Notes: generated by a model from the sequence alone, not told the origin. A DNA stretch of 64,000 bases from an uncultured Fibrobacterota bacterium (GCA_963753345.1 CAVWBU010000041.1:160001-224000); one strand, 5' to 3'. Counted from the stretch's first letter, positions 1-11,154 are shown. Made by a program: numbers and translations.

Positions 1-528
1 TTGGCCCGTGATGCTGGAATACCGCGGCCCTGCCACGAGAAACGTGCCGTCTGCGGCGGCCTGTATTGAGGTCGCCCACGCATTGCTCTCCGTGCCGGGC
101 ATCTCCATTCCCTGATACGTCCTTGTCCACAGCGTATCCCCGGAAGGCGTCACCTTGAAGAGGTATATGTTTCGAACAGCCTGACCGTGCGAATCTGTGG
201 AGCCAGCAACAACGATGTTGCCGTCCTGCGCGGGTGCCATGCCGCCCGCGGTCTCGTTCCCGCTGCTGCCATAGGTTCTGGTCCACAGCGCATCGCCGCT
301 GGGCGTGATCTTCTGCAGGCAGATGTCGGTTGTGGGAACGCCGGGCGAAACCCTCGATTCGGCAAGCATGAAATTGCCGTCGGCCGTGGCCATAATGGCG
401 CGGACAACATCAGAATGCCCGAGGCGAAGATCCCTTTTCCAATAGGTCTGCCCCATGCCGGCGCCGGCCATTATTGCCACCGTAAGAGCGCCGACCGCCA
501 TTCTCACTACAAACGTCCTTGTATCCAT
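1..528 (-). CDS. Secreted beta-propeller-like repeat protein (5' part; runs off window start)
   Basis: My translation from ATG 528: MDTRTFVVRMAVGALTVAIMAGAGMGQTYWKR..., signal-peptide-like start, repeated PSGDxLWTRTY / DGxxxVAG blades, open to base 1. Not in the ORF track. Confidence 0.8.
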   Translation of the reverse strand, partial: MDTRTFVVRMAVGALTVAIMAGAGMGQTYWKRDLRLGHSDVVRAIMATADGNFMLAESRVSPGVPTTDICLQKITPSGDALWTRTYGSSGNETAGGMAPAQDGNIVVAGSTDSHGQAVRNIYLFKVTPSGDTLWTRTYQGMEMPGTESNAWATSIQAAADGTFLVAGPRYSSITGQ

Positions 529-650
529 TGTCAATCCCCCGTTCTTGCAACTTTCCCATCTTCTTTCTTTCTCCGCCGGCATCGCTGAAGGCGGATAGCA
601 AAGCAACAAAGTAGTTGACCGAAGAACCTTGTGATTCATTTTTTCGCTCG

Positions 651-688
651 ACCTCACCCCCGGCCCCTCTCCCACAGGGAGAGGGGGA
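651..688. repeat. Short REP-like palindrome (family C)
   Basis: CCTCACCCCCGGCCCCTCTCCC-ACA-GGGAGAGGGG; related to copies at 14.6 kb and in the S10 operon. Confidence 0.75.
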
Positions 689-750
689 CTGCCATTCCAC
701 ATTTTTTGAATTTGTCAATGTTCCAGCGACTTTGTTGATTCCACAACTCT

Positions 751-882
751 CCTCGGGTGCCCCCACACAGGTGCATGGTTCTGCCTCTGCCTCCTCTTGG
801 GGAGCACCCAGGAGGGGGTAGCGCAGGACACCGCAGGCCGAAGGCCGAGGAGGCCGGAGCGAGGGGGATACTTCCCCCCATG
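751..882. repeat. Structured intergenic repeat, family A copy 1
   Basis: Shares GGGTGCCCCCACACAGGTG, CTTGGGGnGCACCCnGGAGGGGGTAGCG and GGCCGGAGCGAGGGGGAnACTTCCCCCCATG with 3585-3738. Confidence 0.85.
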
Positions 883-897
883 AATATTCTTGACAGA

Positions 898-930
898 AGA
901 TTGCTTCGTCTCCGGCTCCTCCCAATGACA
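898..930. repeat. Half of an AGATTGCTTCG...CAATGACA type REP-like element
   Basis: AGATTGCTTCGTCTCCGGCTCCTCCCAATGACA resembles a widespread intergenic palindrome family (from recall). Confidence 0.45.
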
Positions 931-1041
931 CTCTTCTCATTCTGCAATTAACAAGGCCGGCGCTGGAACCTGGAACTTTTCCATCCCGCCGGCCCTGAAC
1001 TAACACCACCCTACTCTACTGCAAACGCCATGCAGCGCGAG

Positions 1042-3145
1042 CTACCTCACATACCGCATGGTAATCATCTGGCGGGTCTGGCCTACCTGGAGCACGGCAA
1101 GATAGATGCCCGCCGACAGCCTGCGGCCGTTGTCGTCGGTGGCGTCCCAGCGCGCAACATAGTTACCGCCCATGGTCGCTTCGTTCACCAGCGTGCGGAC
1201 CAGCTTTCCCCGCGCGTCGAAGATCTTGATGGTCATCTGCTGCGGAACGGCAAGCGCCGGCACGCCATACCGGATCTGGGTCGCAGACGTAAACGGGTTG
1301 GGCAGGTTCGCTTGCAGCGTGACCCTGGTCGGGAGGCGCGCCGTCTTGTCAAGCATGTTCCTGTTCGCCGTGGGCTCGGTTACCAGGGCCGCGGTGTACT
1401 TGGTGATGATGGCGTATCGTATGCCAAGGTACTTCACCGCATTCACGAGCTCAGGCAGTTCACCGTAGATGCTGATTTCGTCAAGAAGGTAGTCGATCTT
1501 TGCCGACGCCCACATGCGCGGCACAAAGGGATGGTTCCCCGCGGGAGAAGGAAACGCAAGCGTCTGTTTGAGGATAAGCGAATCCGTGCCGCGCCTGCCG
1601 CGGAAGGTGATCGGATACTGTCCCGACGTGCGGTATCTGCCGAGCACCGAAAGCTGGGAGCCGGCGTACAGGCTGGGCAGCGGATTCGGGTACAGGTCGT
1701 ACGCAGAGATCCCGCCGCAGTCGATCGACAGGTCCCTGAGGACCGGGAACGAAATCTTGTTCATAAAGCTCTGCATGATGACGCTGATGCTGTCGTCGGC
1801 AAGGATCATGGTGGCAAAGCCGCTGTTCTGTTTCGCAAGAAGCGTGAGGAAGTCGGTGCCGACCTGGTCGCCGATGCCGAAGGTGAAAATCTCGACGCCC
1901 GTGGTGTTGTGTTTCGTCACCGTGTCGATAATGCTCGCGGGCGTGGAGCTGACGGGCCACGTGGGCTGGCCGTCGGTGAGGAACACGATGGCGTTCACCA
2001 TGGCGGCGTTCCAGCTGCTCTGCAGCGCGGTTTTCAGGGCGTCCTCGATGTCGGTGAGGCCCGCCTCGGAAAGCTGGTTGACAAACACATGCGCGGCCGC
2101 CTTGCCCGCGGAGTCGGCCGGCACAAGGTCGGGCGCGTAGGGTTTCACCGCGGTGGAAAACGCGACGATGTTGAAATAGTCGCCTGGATTGAGTTTGTCA
2201 ATCATGGCGTTGAGCGAGGCGCGCAGCTGGATGATCCTGGTGCCCGCCATCGAACTCGATATGTCGGCGACCAGCACGACGTTCTTGGCTATCGCCTTGG
2301 CGGTGTCGGGCGGCGTCACCCACAGAAGGAAATAGGGGTTGTCGCCCAGCGTGTCGAAGAACTGCATGGTATCGGGGTTCACCACGTAGGTGAGACGGTT
2401 CATGGAGAAGTCGGTGAGCGCGAGCGTGTACACCAGCTTCAGGTCTTTCTGGGAATATGCGTTCTCGTCCCCGAACGTCGCGGTATAATGGTTGTCGGTG
2501 AGCTTTGGTGATTGCAAGCTGAGGCGTGCCGCCATGCGACGGCGAAACCAGGGACAGGATCTGGTTCTGCGCGGTCAGATCAAAGGTAAGCGAGGCGCGG
2601 GTCACCGGTTTCGGAGAAAGGTTGACCGTCTTCATGAAGAACATGTACTGGACCTGCGCTGCATCGTAGGGCAGGAGCTCCGCGTAGGTTACTTCGATGC
2701 GTCGCTCGCACATGAGGTTGCCCACGGCCGCTATGGGATACACCGAGAGCTTGAATATGTTGTTCCCCATGTCCTGGAGGAGCGCAGGATCAATGGAGCG
2801 GCTCACAATCTGGTTATATATCTGCTGCGCGGTATCAGAGGACATGACTTTTGCGACCACGCGCTGGCCGTTTATCCAGAGCGCCAGCTCGGTGACGACC
2901 GCGTTCTCCGGGAGCGGGAACACGAAAACGCCTTCCATCGTCTGGTTTGTTTCGTTCTTGAACGTCTGATCAACGTGGGTCACGGCGATCTGGTCGGTCA
3001 CCTTCACGCTCACATCGTAGTTCTCCAGCCACAGCGGCACACCCGAATCGTTCGAGAATGCCCGGCGGGCATACAAAGCACCCACCGCGGACGCGGAGCC
3101 GGCACACACCAGCACGGCCATCAGCACGCATAAAAGTTTTTTCAT
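1042..3145 (-). CDS. Secreted VIT + vWA protein with C-terminal FlgD/T9SS-like sorting domain; frameshift near 2505
   Basis: ORF 2198-3145 has signal peptide + VIT (QTFKN...EGVFVFPLPENAVV). ORF 1042-2535 has vWA MIDAS (DISSSM, LTDG) and NxPNPF...WDATDDNGRRLSAGIY tail. Removing one A in ACCAAAGCTC joins them. Confidence 0.85.
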
Positions 3146-3210
3146 CGGTCCCTCCCTGGGGAAAGTGATTTCGAAGGTGATAAAAGTTGACCCTTCCCTT
3201 TGCTGTATCT

Positions 3211-3239
3211 AATATACCGCCATATTTCGGCATGTGCAA
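3211..3239 (-). promoter_or_regulatory. Sigma70-like promoter of the VIT/vWA gene
   Basis: TTGCAC-17bp-TATATT on minus strand. Confidence 0.6.
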
Positions 3240-3310
3240 GGGGGAGTGAAAGAAAGTGTTTTCTGGCAGAAAACTTTGGGGGTTGGAGAGGAAGAAATCA
3301 AGGAAAAAAC

Positions 3311-3496
3311 TTGGGCGTTCCCCTCGCTGTGCTCGGGGTCGGTCTCCTTCCGGGCTCGGCTATTCGCCTCGTTGCCGCCTGCCACAAGGGCCCTTCGGGC
3401 CGTGGTCAGGCGGCAATCCCGCTATGGCGGGACCGCTCCAGTCCCCCTAACGCGCGGCAAAGGAGATTTATTCAGTCACTTTTCTTTTCTGACGCC
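3311..3496 (+). repeat. Structured intergenic repeat, family B copy 1 (Flavo-1-like termini)
   Basis: TGGGCGTT...CCTAACGCG multi-hairpin; homologous inverted copy at 14689-14871. Confidence 0.85.
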
Positions 3497-3584
3497 AATC
3501 GGTATCCGCAATAAATCACTCAGGGTTTCTTATTCGCATATTCAACTTCTCAACTCCTCAACTACTAAACCTCTCAACCAATCT

Positions 3585-3738
3585 CCGTGGGTGCCCCCAC
3601 ACAGGTGTTTGATTTTCGCAACTGCTTCCACTTGGGGTGCACCCTGGAGGGGGTAGCGGAGGACCGGCCGCATTGTTGTAGGCTTGGACAATTGGATACC
3701 GCGGCCGGGCCGGAGCGAGGGGGAAACTTCCCCCCATG
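3585..3738. repeat. Structured intergenic repeat, family A copy 2
   Basis: Same conserved blocks as 751-882 with a different, longer internal hairpin. Confidence 0.85.
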
Positions 3739-3766
3739 TAAAGTCTTCTTCTTGTAAACCCGGGGA

Positions 3767-5543
3767 TTATCTTACCAGCAGAATTGACTTGCAAACATTT
3801 GACCCATCGGAGAACAAACACCTCGCATATACAATTCCCGACGCGCCGGCATGGCGCGCGACAAGGCTTGTTTGGTTTCCGACAGGCAGGGTTTCGAGCA
3901 TCTGTCCGGCAACATCGTACAGCGAAATGCGCGTGAGCCTGTTGCGCCCAGCCTGCCGGACGAAAAACACCAGGGAGCCGTTGACGAACCTGTGGGTTAT
4001 TGAACCGTTTTCATTGCCGGGGAAAGCAAGCGGACCGCTTGCCACCGTAGCCATGTTGTAGTACAGGATGCTCAGAATGTCGGTCCCCGCCTTTATGGTG
4101 AGCATGTCGGGATTTGAGTAATTGAGCGCCCAGGCGTGGGTTGCGACAAAGGGATAATCCACCCGCATGCACCTGAACACAGGGCACGAAAGGTCTCTTT
4201 CGCAAAGCTCGCACTGCGCCGACACCTGCACCGAGCTGGAACTCAGAGAAAGGGAAATCACGCCGGATTTGAGCCGCAGTGAATCCACCATGCACTGGGA
4301 ATCGGGCGGCAGTGAGCCGATGGTGTACTTCCCATCGCTCTTCAGATTGTAGTTCGTGCCGTTTCTTGTAAGGGTGATCGTCACGTCAGTGTAGCTTCCG
4401 TCAATGTCGCTCAGCACGATGGAATAGACGGAAGTCCCGTTTCCGTTATAGATGAACGGCGATCGGTTGACCGAATCCTTGAGCGCGGACGGAACCGTCG
4501 CGGCGATGCTCGAAGGATTGAGACGGTACGTGGCCGCGGTCCTGTTCCACTGGTTGTCGAGCAATTCCACGCCGGACCCGTCCCACCGGTTGATGAAATT
4601 TGCGAACCGGTAGTCGGCCGTGCCGATGGGACGGTAGACCCACGTGGTCCCGACCCGGTCCACAAACGTCCCCTGCCTGCCCGCGGCGCCGCGCGGGGAG
4701 ATAAAGGTTATGGCCTGGGTGACGGGCGCGTTGTCGTAAGTGTACTTTGCGCCGAGAAACTTGTAAATGGCGCCGCTTGACGTTCCGGCAAAGCCGCCAT
4801 TGACGCACAGCACGGTGTCGGTAACGCCCGTGCCCAAATCATAATTGGTCTCGGCCCATGCGCCGGGGCCGATGCGGAAATACCGCAGGAGCCCGTTCGA
4901 TCCCAGGAGCCATACCGCGGTGTCGGTCTGGGCGGTTGAATCGTGCGCGCCCTGTATCCGGAACACTTCCTCGCCCGCCAGAAGGTTTGCCGGCTTGAGC
5001 GTGTCCGCGTGGAGCACGGCGAGCGTTGTCGTGGAGAGGCTGACGGCCAGGATGTTCTTCTGGCTGGTCTTGACAAGAAGCTTAACGCTGTCGCCGCCGT
5101 ACACCGGGTTTTTCACAAGGTATACCGGCGAGTTCGCGGAAAGCGTGATGCCGCTCAGCGTTATTGCCGCGGGATCGAAGTAGTCGAGGAAGCAGCTCGT
5201 GCACAGCGGCTTGGGCTGCGGGCACTGGTACTGGGTCTTCATGAGGTACAGGCCGCCTGTGCCGGAAGTAAACACCGCCACCGCCGACGCGGCCGGGCCG
5301 CAGATGTCGTACTGCGCGGGCTTGAGTCCGAGCTCCGCACATCGTGTCGGGAATGGTTATGGTGACGCTGTCGTACGTCGCCTTGCCCCAGTTCCTGTTT
5401 GCAAACGCAGGATGCAGGTACACGTACCCGTTGCTGTCCGGATCGCATTGCGGGAAAGCGGACGCGGCAAGCAAGAGCACTCCAACGGCTGCGCATGCGC
5501 AATGCAGCAGAAGGACTCTCTTTTGTGTACTTGCCCGCCTCAT
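3767..5543 (-). CDS. Secreted Cys-containing hypothetical protein with T9SS-like C-terminal domain; frameshift near 5340
   Basis: Signal peptide in ORF 5082-5567 (MRRASTQKRVLLL...AASAFPQ). Body in the frame of ORF 3767-5281, open upstream to about 5357. Tail ISLYDVAGQ...SGIVYARC. Confidence 0.7.
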
Positions 5544-5595
5544 TTCAGATACTCCTGAGTTGGCCATGATGAATGCCGTTTGCCGTCACCATACG

Positions 5596-8352
5596 CTACG
5601 GATAAAAGATCAGAACGGATTTTGTTTCCTTGTTGCCCCCGGTTCCGCCTTCCACGCCGCCAATGACGTAGATGAGATCATTCCACGAAGCTGCGGCGCA
5701 GCCGTACCGCGAGTTGGGCAGGTTCTGGCGGACCGTCCACGTATTGAGAACCGGATCGAATTCTTCCACCGACGTGAGGGCCGTGTCGCCCTGATCTGTT
5801 GAAAAAAGCCCGCCGATCGCGTAAATCTTGCCCTTTGCGGTTGCAGCGGCAAACGACAACCGAGCCGTTGTGAGAGGCGTGGCGGTACCAATGCTGTTGG
5901 TTGACGGATCGTACACTTCAACGCTTTTAAGCGGCGCGCAGTCGCTCTGGTTTGAAGATCCTCCAAGACCTCCGATGATGTAAATCTTACCGTTAAGCGC
6001 AACTGCCTGAGGATCGCTGCGTGCCACGTTCAGCGAACATTTCGGCGTCAGGGTTCCGGTCGCCGGGTCCCATGCGTCTATCTGCGAGGAGACCACAAAA
6101 CTCTGACCCGAATACACCAGGCCGCCAATCAGGTACACGGTATCGCCCATGGCGCACGCTGCGGCGTCGTAGCGGTATGCCGGCATCTGGCCTGCCGAAC
6201 CCCACATGCCGCTGGAAATTCCAAACGAATCAACGGACTGAAAATATTCCCGCCCGTTGGTTCCTCCGAACGAATAAATCGCATTTTTTGCGGGTGCAAT
6301 CGCCGCATAAAAGCGGGCGCTGGGAAGAGGCGTAGCAAGCGTCCAGGTTCCGTTTCCGCCGGCTGCATTATATGTTTCCACGGTGCTGTACGAGGTGATG
6401 GTGGCGCCGATTCCGGTGTTGAGGCTCGCCTCGCCTCCCATGGCATAGATAATGCCGTTGACCGCCACCGCAGACAAAAGTCTGCGCGCCTTTGACAAAG
6501 AATCAATGTACGACCAGACATTGACGGGCGTTACGGTCACATTCCACGCAATCGTGTCGGCGCCGCCGAAGCCGTCGGTCACCTGGATCACAATGTGTTT
6601 TCTTCCGGTGTCGGCGACCGCGGGCGTCCAGGACAGCGTGGAGTCGGCAATTGACAGGCCGGAAATCTGGGAAAGTTGGTTGAATCTCAGGGTGTCCTTG
6701 TTGACGTCTGCGACTGCAAGTTTCTGGACGTACGCCGCGCCCACATTTGCCGATTTCTGGATCGCGGCCGTGTCGGTGAGAAAACGCGGAGGCGTGTTTA
6801 TTATTCCCCCGGAACCCATGCCGCCGGGAAGCGAAGGAAAAATCGCATACACGATAACATTGTATTTTTTGATTCCGTTTTTCCATGTTGCGATGGTGTA
6901 CACGGTGTCGGCAACGGAGGGAATGGTTGCGATGGAAGAGAAGATGTCCGTTCCGCCGCCGATGGAATCGGCCGCATAGAGCTGGTACTGTGAAAACGCG
7001 GGGTCGGTTGATTTGTGCCAGATTACCGTCACCGTGCTGTCGGTGGATTTTACGGCAATGACGTTTACCGGAGCGGGCTGGATGTGGACCGCCAAGCTGT
7101 CCCTCCATGTCATGCCGCGGTCGTCAAGGGCATAAACATAAACTTCCTTCACGCCGGCATTGTTCCAAATCCAGGAAAGCGTATCGCTTCCCCGCAATGC
7201 ATCAACGGCCGATTTCTTCATGAACGTCGAATCCGGGGCCTTTGCAAACCAGAAAAGGGTGTCGGTCCGGGTTATGGCGCTCTGGAACGTGGCGGCGATT
7301 TTCACCGTGTCGCCTGCGCTGGCCGTGACAATAGTCGGGCTCACCCTTGACAGTTGTATAACGGGACGCACGTACGACGGCGGCACGGTGTGGATGGAAT
7401 CTTGCAACGAAAACGCGCTCGGATTCGTTCCGTTGTCGAGGGCTTTAACCGCATAAAAATAGTTGTGTTCGGAAGCATCGAGCACGTTCCGGTACACGGA
7501 GTCGACGAAAAACGTGTCTTTCACCGTGTCAAGCGCTGTATAGCCGGCGGAGACGGAGTCCTTTCTGCCGACAATATACCCGTAAAGATCCGAGACACGC
7601 ACGCTGGTCCACGATAGCTTGACAACGCCGGAAACCGTGTCTGCGACAAGTGAAAGTCCGACGGGCGCCGGCGGGTCGCCCGCGGGATCGAGGGACAGGA
7701 CCTTGTCCGGGAGCACGGTTGTCTGCCCCGACGCCACGTTCACCGGTGAATCGATGCCCGTGAGGTAGCCTTGCGCGGAGAAATAAACCTTGTAATTGGT
7801 ATCCTCCGGAACATTCGAAATAACGTATCCTCCGGTGTCGTTGGCTATTGCCATGAATGATGTGCCGGGAATAAAGCAGAACACCGGCGCTGTGGAGGAG
7901 CTTCCAAGGGTGACTTTCCCGGCGATGTTGCCGGGAGCCTTCATGGTGATCTGGCCCAGCTTGATCTGGTAAATCTCGGAATAATTTTTGGGGATGTCGT
8001 TCTTGATATCGGAGACGAATGCCACCAGCGCCTTGCCATTTGCTTTGCAAATGAGATTGTAAGTGCCGCCCCTGAACTGGGAATCGATGAAAACGGAGAA
8101 ATTGCCGTGAGCATCGCTGGTATCGGTACCGCGAAGAGTTGCCGTGGAATCGGCCGCGCCCGTGGAATCTGAAATGAGGGTATCGAGCTTGACAATTGCA
8201 CCCGAGACTTCGTGTCCGCTTTGGTCGACAAGCACGCCCACCACTTCGGAACCCGATCCGCCGACGTTGGCGACGGGCTGCTTTGTGCAATACAATACCA
8301 CGGCCGCAAGGCTGCACAGGAGTACCGCTACCAAAACACGTGAGCGCGTCAT
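5596..8352 (-). CDS. Large lipoprotein-like protein: carboxypeptidase-regulatory-like, Fn3/Ig-like and C-terminal Kelch propeller
   Basis: MTRSRVLVAVLLCSLAAVVLYC N-terminus; six Kelch-like repeats (R...AxxxxxGKIYxxGG...VExYDP). Confidence 0.85.
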   Translation of the reverse strand: MTRSRVLVAVLLCSLAAVVLYCTKQPVANVGGSGSEVVGVLVDQSGHEVSGAIVKLDTLISDSTGAADSTATLRGTDTSDAHGNFSVFIDSQFRGGTYNLICKANGKALVAFVSDIKNDIPKNYSEIYQIKLGQITMKAPGNIAGKVTLGSSSTAPVFCFIPGTSFMAIANDTGGYVISNVPEDTNYKVYFSAQGYLTGIDSPVNVASGQTTVLPDKVLSLDPAGDPPAPVGLSLVADTVSGVVKLSWTSVRVSDLYGYIVGRKDSVSAGYTALDTVKDTFFVDSVYRNVLDASEHNYFYAVKALDNGTNPSAFSLQDSIHTVPPSYVRPVIQLSRVSPTIVTASAGDTVKIAATFQSAITRTDTLFWFAKAPDSTFMKKSAVDALRGSDTLSWIWNNAGVKEVYVYALDDRGMTWRDSLAVHIQPAPVNVIAVKSTDSTVTVIWHKSTDPAFSQYQLYAADSIGGGTDIFSSIATIPSVADTVYTIATWKNGIKKYNVIVYAIFPSLPGGMGSGGIINTPPRFLTDTAAIQKSANVGAAYVQKLAVADVNKDTLRFNQLSQISGLSIADSTLSWTPAVADTGRKHIVIQVTDGFGGADTIAWNVTVTPVNVWSYIDSLSKARRLLSAVAVNGIIYAMGGEASLNTGIGATITSYSTVETYNAAGGNGTWTLATPLPSARFYAAIAPAKNAIYSFGGTNGREYFQSVDSFGISSGMWGSAGQMPAYRYDAAACAMGDTVYLIGGLVYSGQSFVVSSQIDAWDPATGTLTPKCSLNVARSDPQAVALNGKIYIIGGLGGSSNQSDCAPLKSVEVYDPSTNSIGTATPLTTARLSFAAATAKGKIYAIGGLFSTDQGDTALTSVEEFDPVLNTWTVRQNLPNSRYGCAAASWNDLIYVIGGVEGGTGGNKETKSVLIFYP

Positions 8353-8359
8353 ATCGTTC

Positions 8360-9196
8360 TTACTGCGGCTTTGGTACGACGACCGGATTGGACATTGGAA
8401 AAACATGGAAATTTATATGGTACACCCTGTCGATGTCCTTGTCGGAACGGACGATTTCGAGAATCTCCCGCCTGAACCGCTTGAGCCGCTCCTCGATCTG
8501 CGCGTACCCTTCAGCCGAGCAGCTGAACGTGAGCGACGACATGCTCCGGCGCTCGCGCGGATACCGGTCGATTGCCTGGCGCGCGAGCTCGGTGGTCGAA
8601 ATCAGAAAGTTGGTAATCGCCAGGGATTTTGCATCGTATCCCGTGGTGATGATATCGTCGACCAGCCGGTAGTACCCGCGTTCGTTTTTCTTGACAAATC
8701 CCATCTCTTCGAGCAGCGCCACCGCTTTTTTCGCTTCGGCCGGCGTGATGGCGGGCGACACCTTCTTCGCAAGCTCGGCGAAATTGCCGTCGAACCTGTA
8801 GAAGTTGAGCACCTCGCGCACCGCGGTGTAATACCACTTGCTGTAGAACTCGTAGTGCTGCGCGTCGGTGACTTTTACCTTCGACTTCTTCGACGCGAGG
8901 ATCTTTTCAAAATAATACTTCTTCTGGTCGTGGTTCTTTGCCTGGTCGAACATGACCAGCAGTTCGAAATACTCGGTCTCCGCGTGCTTCATCTTGAAAA
9001 GCTGCGCAAACTTAAATATAAATTCCGACGAGATGTTCCGCTTTCTCTGAACAACGTTGATGAAGAACCCTGCCGAACTGAACCCCACTTTCTGGGCCAT
9101 GTAGCGGTACGAAAAGAAAGAAAATTCCTTCTTCCTGTCTTCATACAGATCGTTGAGCAGTTTCCGGTAGTCGATGTACTCGTAAATGTCTATCAT
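8360..9196 (-). CDS. TIGR02147-family protein (HTH + DUF4423-like)
   Basis: IYEYIDYRKLL...FSYRYMAQKVGFSS, FYSKWYYTAVRE, RSMSSLTFS, VYHINFHVFPMS. Confidence 0.9.
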   Translation of the reverse strand: MIDIYEYIDYRKLLNDLYEDRKKEFSFFSYRYMAQKVGFSSAGFFINVVQRKRNISSEFIFKFAQLFKMKHAETEYFELLVMFDQAKNHDQKKYYFEKILASKKSKVKVTDAQHYEFYSKWYYTAVREVLNFYRFDGNFAELAKKVSPAITPAEAKKAVALLEEMGFVKKNERGYYRLVDDIITTGYDAKSLAITNFLISTTELARQAIDRYPRERRSMSSLTFSCSAEGYAQIEERLKRFRREILEIVRSDKDIDRVYHINFHVFPMSNPVVVPKPQ

Positions 9197-9241
9197 GACG
9201 TACTCTAATCCTTCCAGAGGTCGGGTCGGCCTCTGATGCAA

Positions 9242-9270
9242 AATATACAGTAAACAAAAACCCTATTCAA
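9242..9270 (-). promoter_or_regulatory. Sigma70-like promoter of the TIGR02147 operon
   Basis: TTGAAT-17bp-TATATT on minus strand. Confidence 0.6.
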
Positions 9271-9448
9271 GTGATTTCGACAGAAAGCGTTTTCCTGTAG
9301 AAAACTTTGTCTGAGAGCAATCTTTGTAACTGGTTGTTTTATATGATGATTCAACCTAACTCGGCGATGCACGTTCTGCCATGATCTGGTTCATGAATGC
9401 CGGTAATTCGATCGCGGGAATTCTGGAAGAATCTTCAAATTGACAAAT

Positions 9449-9480
9449 AAAAAAGCCCCGCGCTCTTGCGCAGGGCCTTG
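9449..9480 (-). terminator. Probable intrinsic terminator
   Basis: Imperfect GC hairpin followed by a T run on minus strand, downstream of 9538-11154. Confidence 0.45.
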
Positions 9481-9537
9481 CAAAACACCGCTTTCGAATC
9501 AAGCCCCGGCCTGGGGAACCCAAGCCGGATGTTGTTT

Positions 9538-11154
9538 CTACTTTGCCAACTTCTTTGCCAACTTCTTGGCAGCAGGAGTGGCAGTCGCCGGCAAGGTCCA
9601 GTAGATGTTATCCATTACCACAGTCTCTCCGGCAACATAGGGCGCCAGGTTAACTCCAAGGAAATAGTCAACATTACTCAAGTCGCATGTCGCGGCCCAC
9701 GCGGACAACGGTATGGCAATGTCGTGCCACACACCGTCAGCTGCATAACCATAGGTTGAAGCGTTCACCCATGTCTGACCAGTATGGGCAAGATTTTCCA
9801 CCAGCAGGGCCACGTCTTGCGCGGAGCTGCTCTTTATCGACACGTGAAGCGTGCAGGCCGCATACGCCGTCATGTCCATGCTCGATAAAGTGCCGCTTCC
9901 GGCAGCAGTGACTGCCGCCCATCCAAATCCTCCCCACGTAGCACCTGATCCCGTGACCGCAACCGCTGGCGTCACGCCGTCTTCTCCCATTGAGTCGGTT
10001 TGATCAATCGTAACGCCGCCACCCGCACCCGTCCACGGGATGAGCTGGAGAATGAGATTGGGACTTAAGGTAGTGGCATCGGTGTAATGCGAGCCCAGGA
10101 GTCCGAATGCCGGCACCTGCGTCGAATACCAGTTCACCGTGCCGCTCTTGGTTTCGTTCATCACGGGGTCGACGTATGAAACCGTAACCATGTCGCTGTC
10201 CTTGACTCCGACCGCTGTTGCAGTCGCGGCGCCAAGGGTGAAACCGACCGTGCCGGTGAATATCGAGGGTGTGGCGGCCATCGCGGTAAGAGTGATGGCG
10301 ACAGTGTCACCCGCCTTGGCACTGCTTACATCCACAACGAGCGTCGCTGCGGAGGTGTGGTCGTTCGTGAGGGAAATTGCTATTTGGTCCGCTGTTCCGT
10401 GGTAGTCGGCGGAGTCGAACGCAAATACGACCGAGGTCGCCAGCCACTGGGCGGAAGCGGAAGTCACGACACTGGGAGTCACCAGACTGGAGTACGTTAC
10501 AGTGACTGAGTCGGTGTTTTTTACGTGGACCGTGTCTTTGCTTGTTATGGCGGTGCTTGCGGTGAAGTACACACTGCCGGTGTACTGACCATAGACGCCG
10601 GAATTCGTAAGCGTCACCGGGAACGGCGTAGGATAAGAAGTGCTCATGACATTGACCGTGGCAGTCTGGCTGGAGATGTTTGGATCGGTAAGCGTAATCA
10701 TCATCGGCGTCGTGATGCCCTGGTACGAAGGATGGTCAAGAGCGACGGTCATTGCCCCGGCTTTCCAGATAATGGTCTGCGTCCGGGTCCCAGCGGGCTT
10801 GGCATCCTTGTACGTAACCGTTACTATGCAGTTCTGATTCACCTGGATCGTGGTGCCCGCTGCAGATGCGGCGGTGGAGAATCCGAGTGCTGCTTTGTAA
10901 ACGCCGCTCTTTCCCGTGAGCAGGACGTTTATGCCAACAGGATCGGCGGTGCTGGTCACCTTGACGGTCTGTGTGTCGGCGCCAAGATCCGCGTCCTTGA
11001 GGGTGATGGTGTCAACACCAGCCGTGCCCATGACCAGAGTGTCATTCATAATGATCTTGCCTTCCGTCCCTTTTGGCTCTGTTCCGCAGCCCGTGGAAAG
11101 GAGAGCGGCAAGTATTGCACTCGCGCCAAGAACTGAAAACAGTACTTTTTTCAT
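9538..11154 (-). CDS. Lipoprotein with Ig-like repeats and C-terminal galactose-binding/CBM11-like domain
   Basis: Lipobox-like LLSTGC; three TVTYxD-type repeats; DGVWHDIAIPLSAW...VMDNIYW; ends AAKKLAKKLAK. Confidence 0.75.
   Translation of the reverse strand: MKKVLFSVLGASAILAALLSTGCGTEPKGTEGKIIMNDTLVMGTAGVDTITLKDADLGADTQTVKVTSTADPVGINVLLTGKSGVYKAALGFSTAASAAGTTIQVNQNCIVTVTYKDAKPAGTRTQTIIWKAGAMTVALDHPSYQGITTPMMITLTDPNISSQTATVNVMSTSYPTPFPVTLTNSGVYGQYTGSVYFTASTAITSKDTVHVKNTDSVTVTYSSLVTPSVVTSASAQWLATSVVFAFDSADYHGTADQIAISLTNDHTSAATLVVDVSSAKAGDTVAITLTAMAATPSIFTGTVGFTLGAATATAVGVKDSDMVTVSYVDPVMNETKSGTVNWYSTQVPAFGLLGSHYTDATTLSPNLILQLIPWTGAGGGVTIDQTDSMGEDGVTPAVAVTGSGATWGGFGWAAVTAAGSGTLSSMDMTAYAACTLHVSIKSSSAQDVALLVENLAHTGQTWVNASTYGYAADGVWHDIAIPLSAWAATCDLSNVDYFLGVNLAPYVAGETVVMDNIYWTLPATATPAAKKLAKKLAK

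Noticed and set aside
410-1009. 199-aa minus-strand ORF containing SPSPCGRGAGGE
   Set aside because: It is a translation of palindromic repeats and overlaps the real start at 528 in another frame.
2495-2515. Programmed frameshift at ACCAAAG
   Set aside because: No canonical slippery heptamer or stimulator, and no motif shared with the other three breaks.
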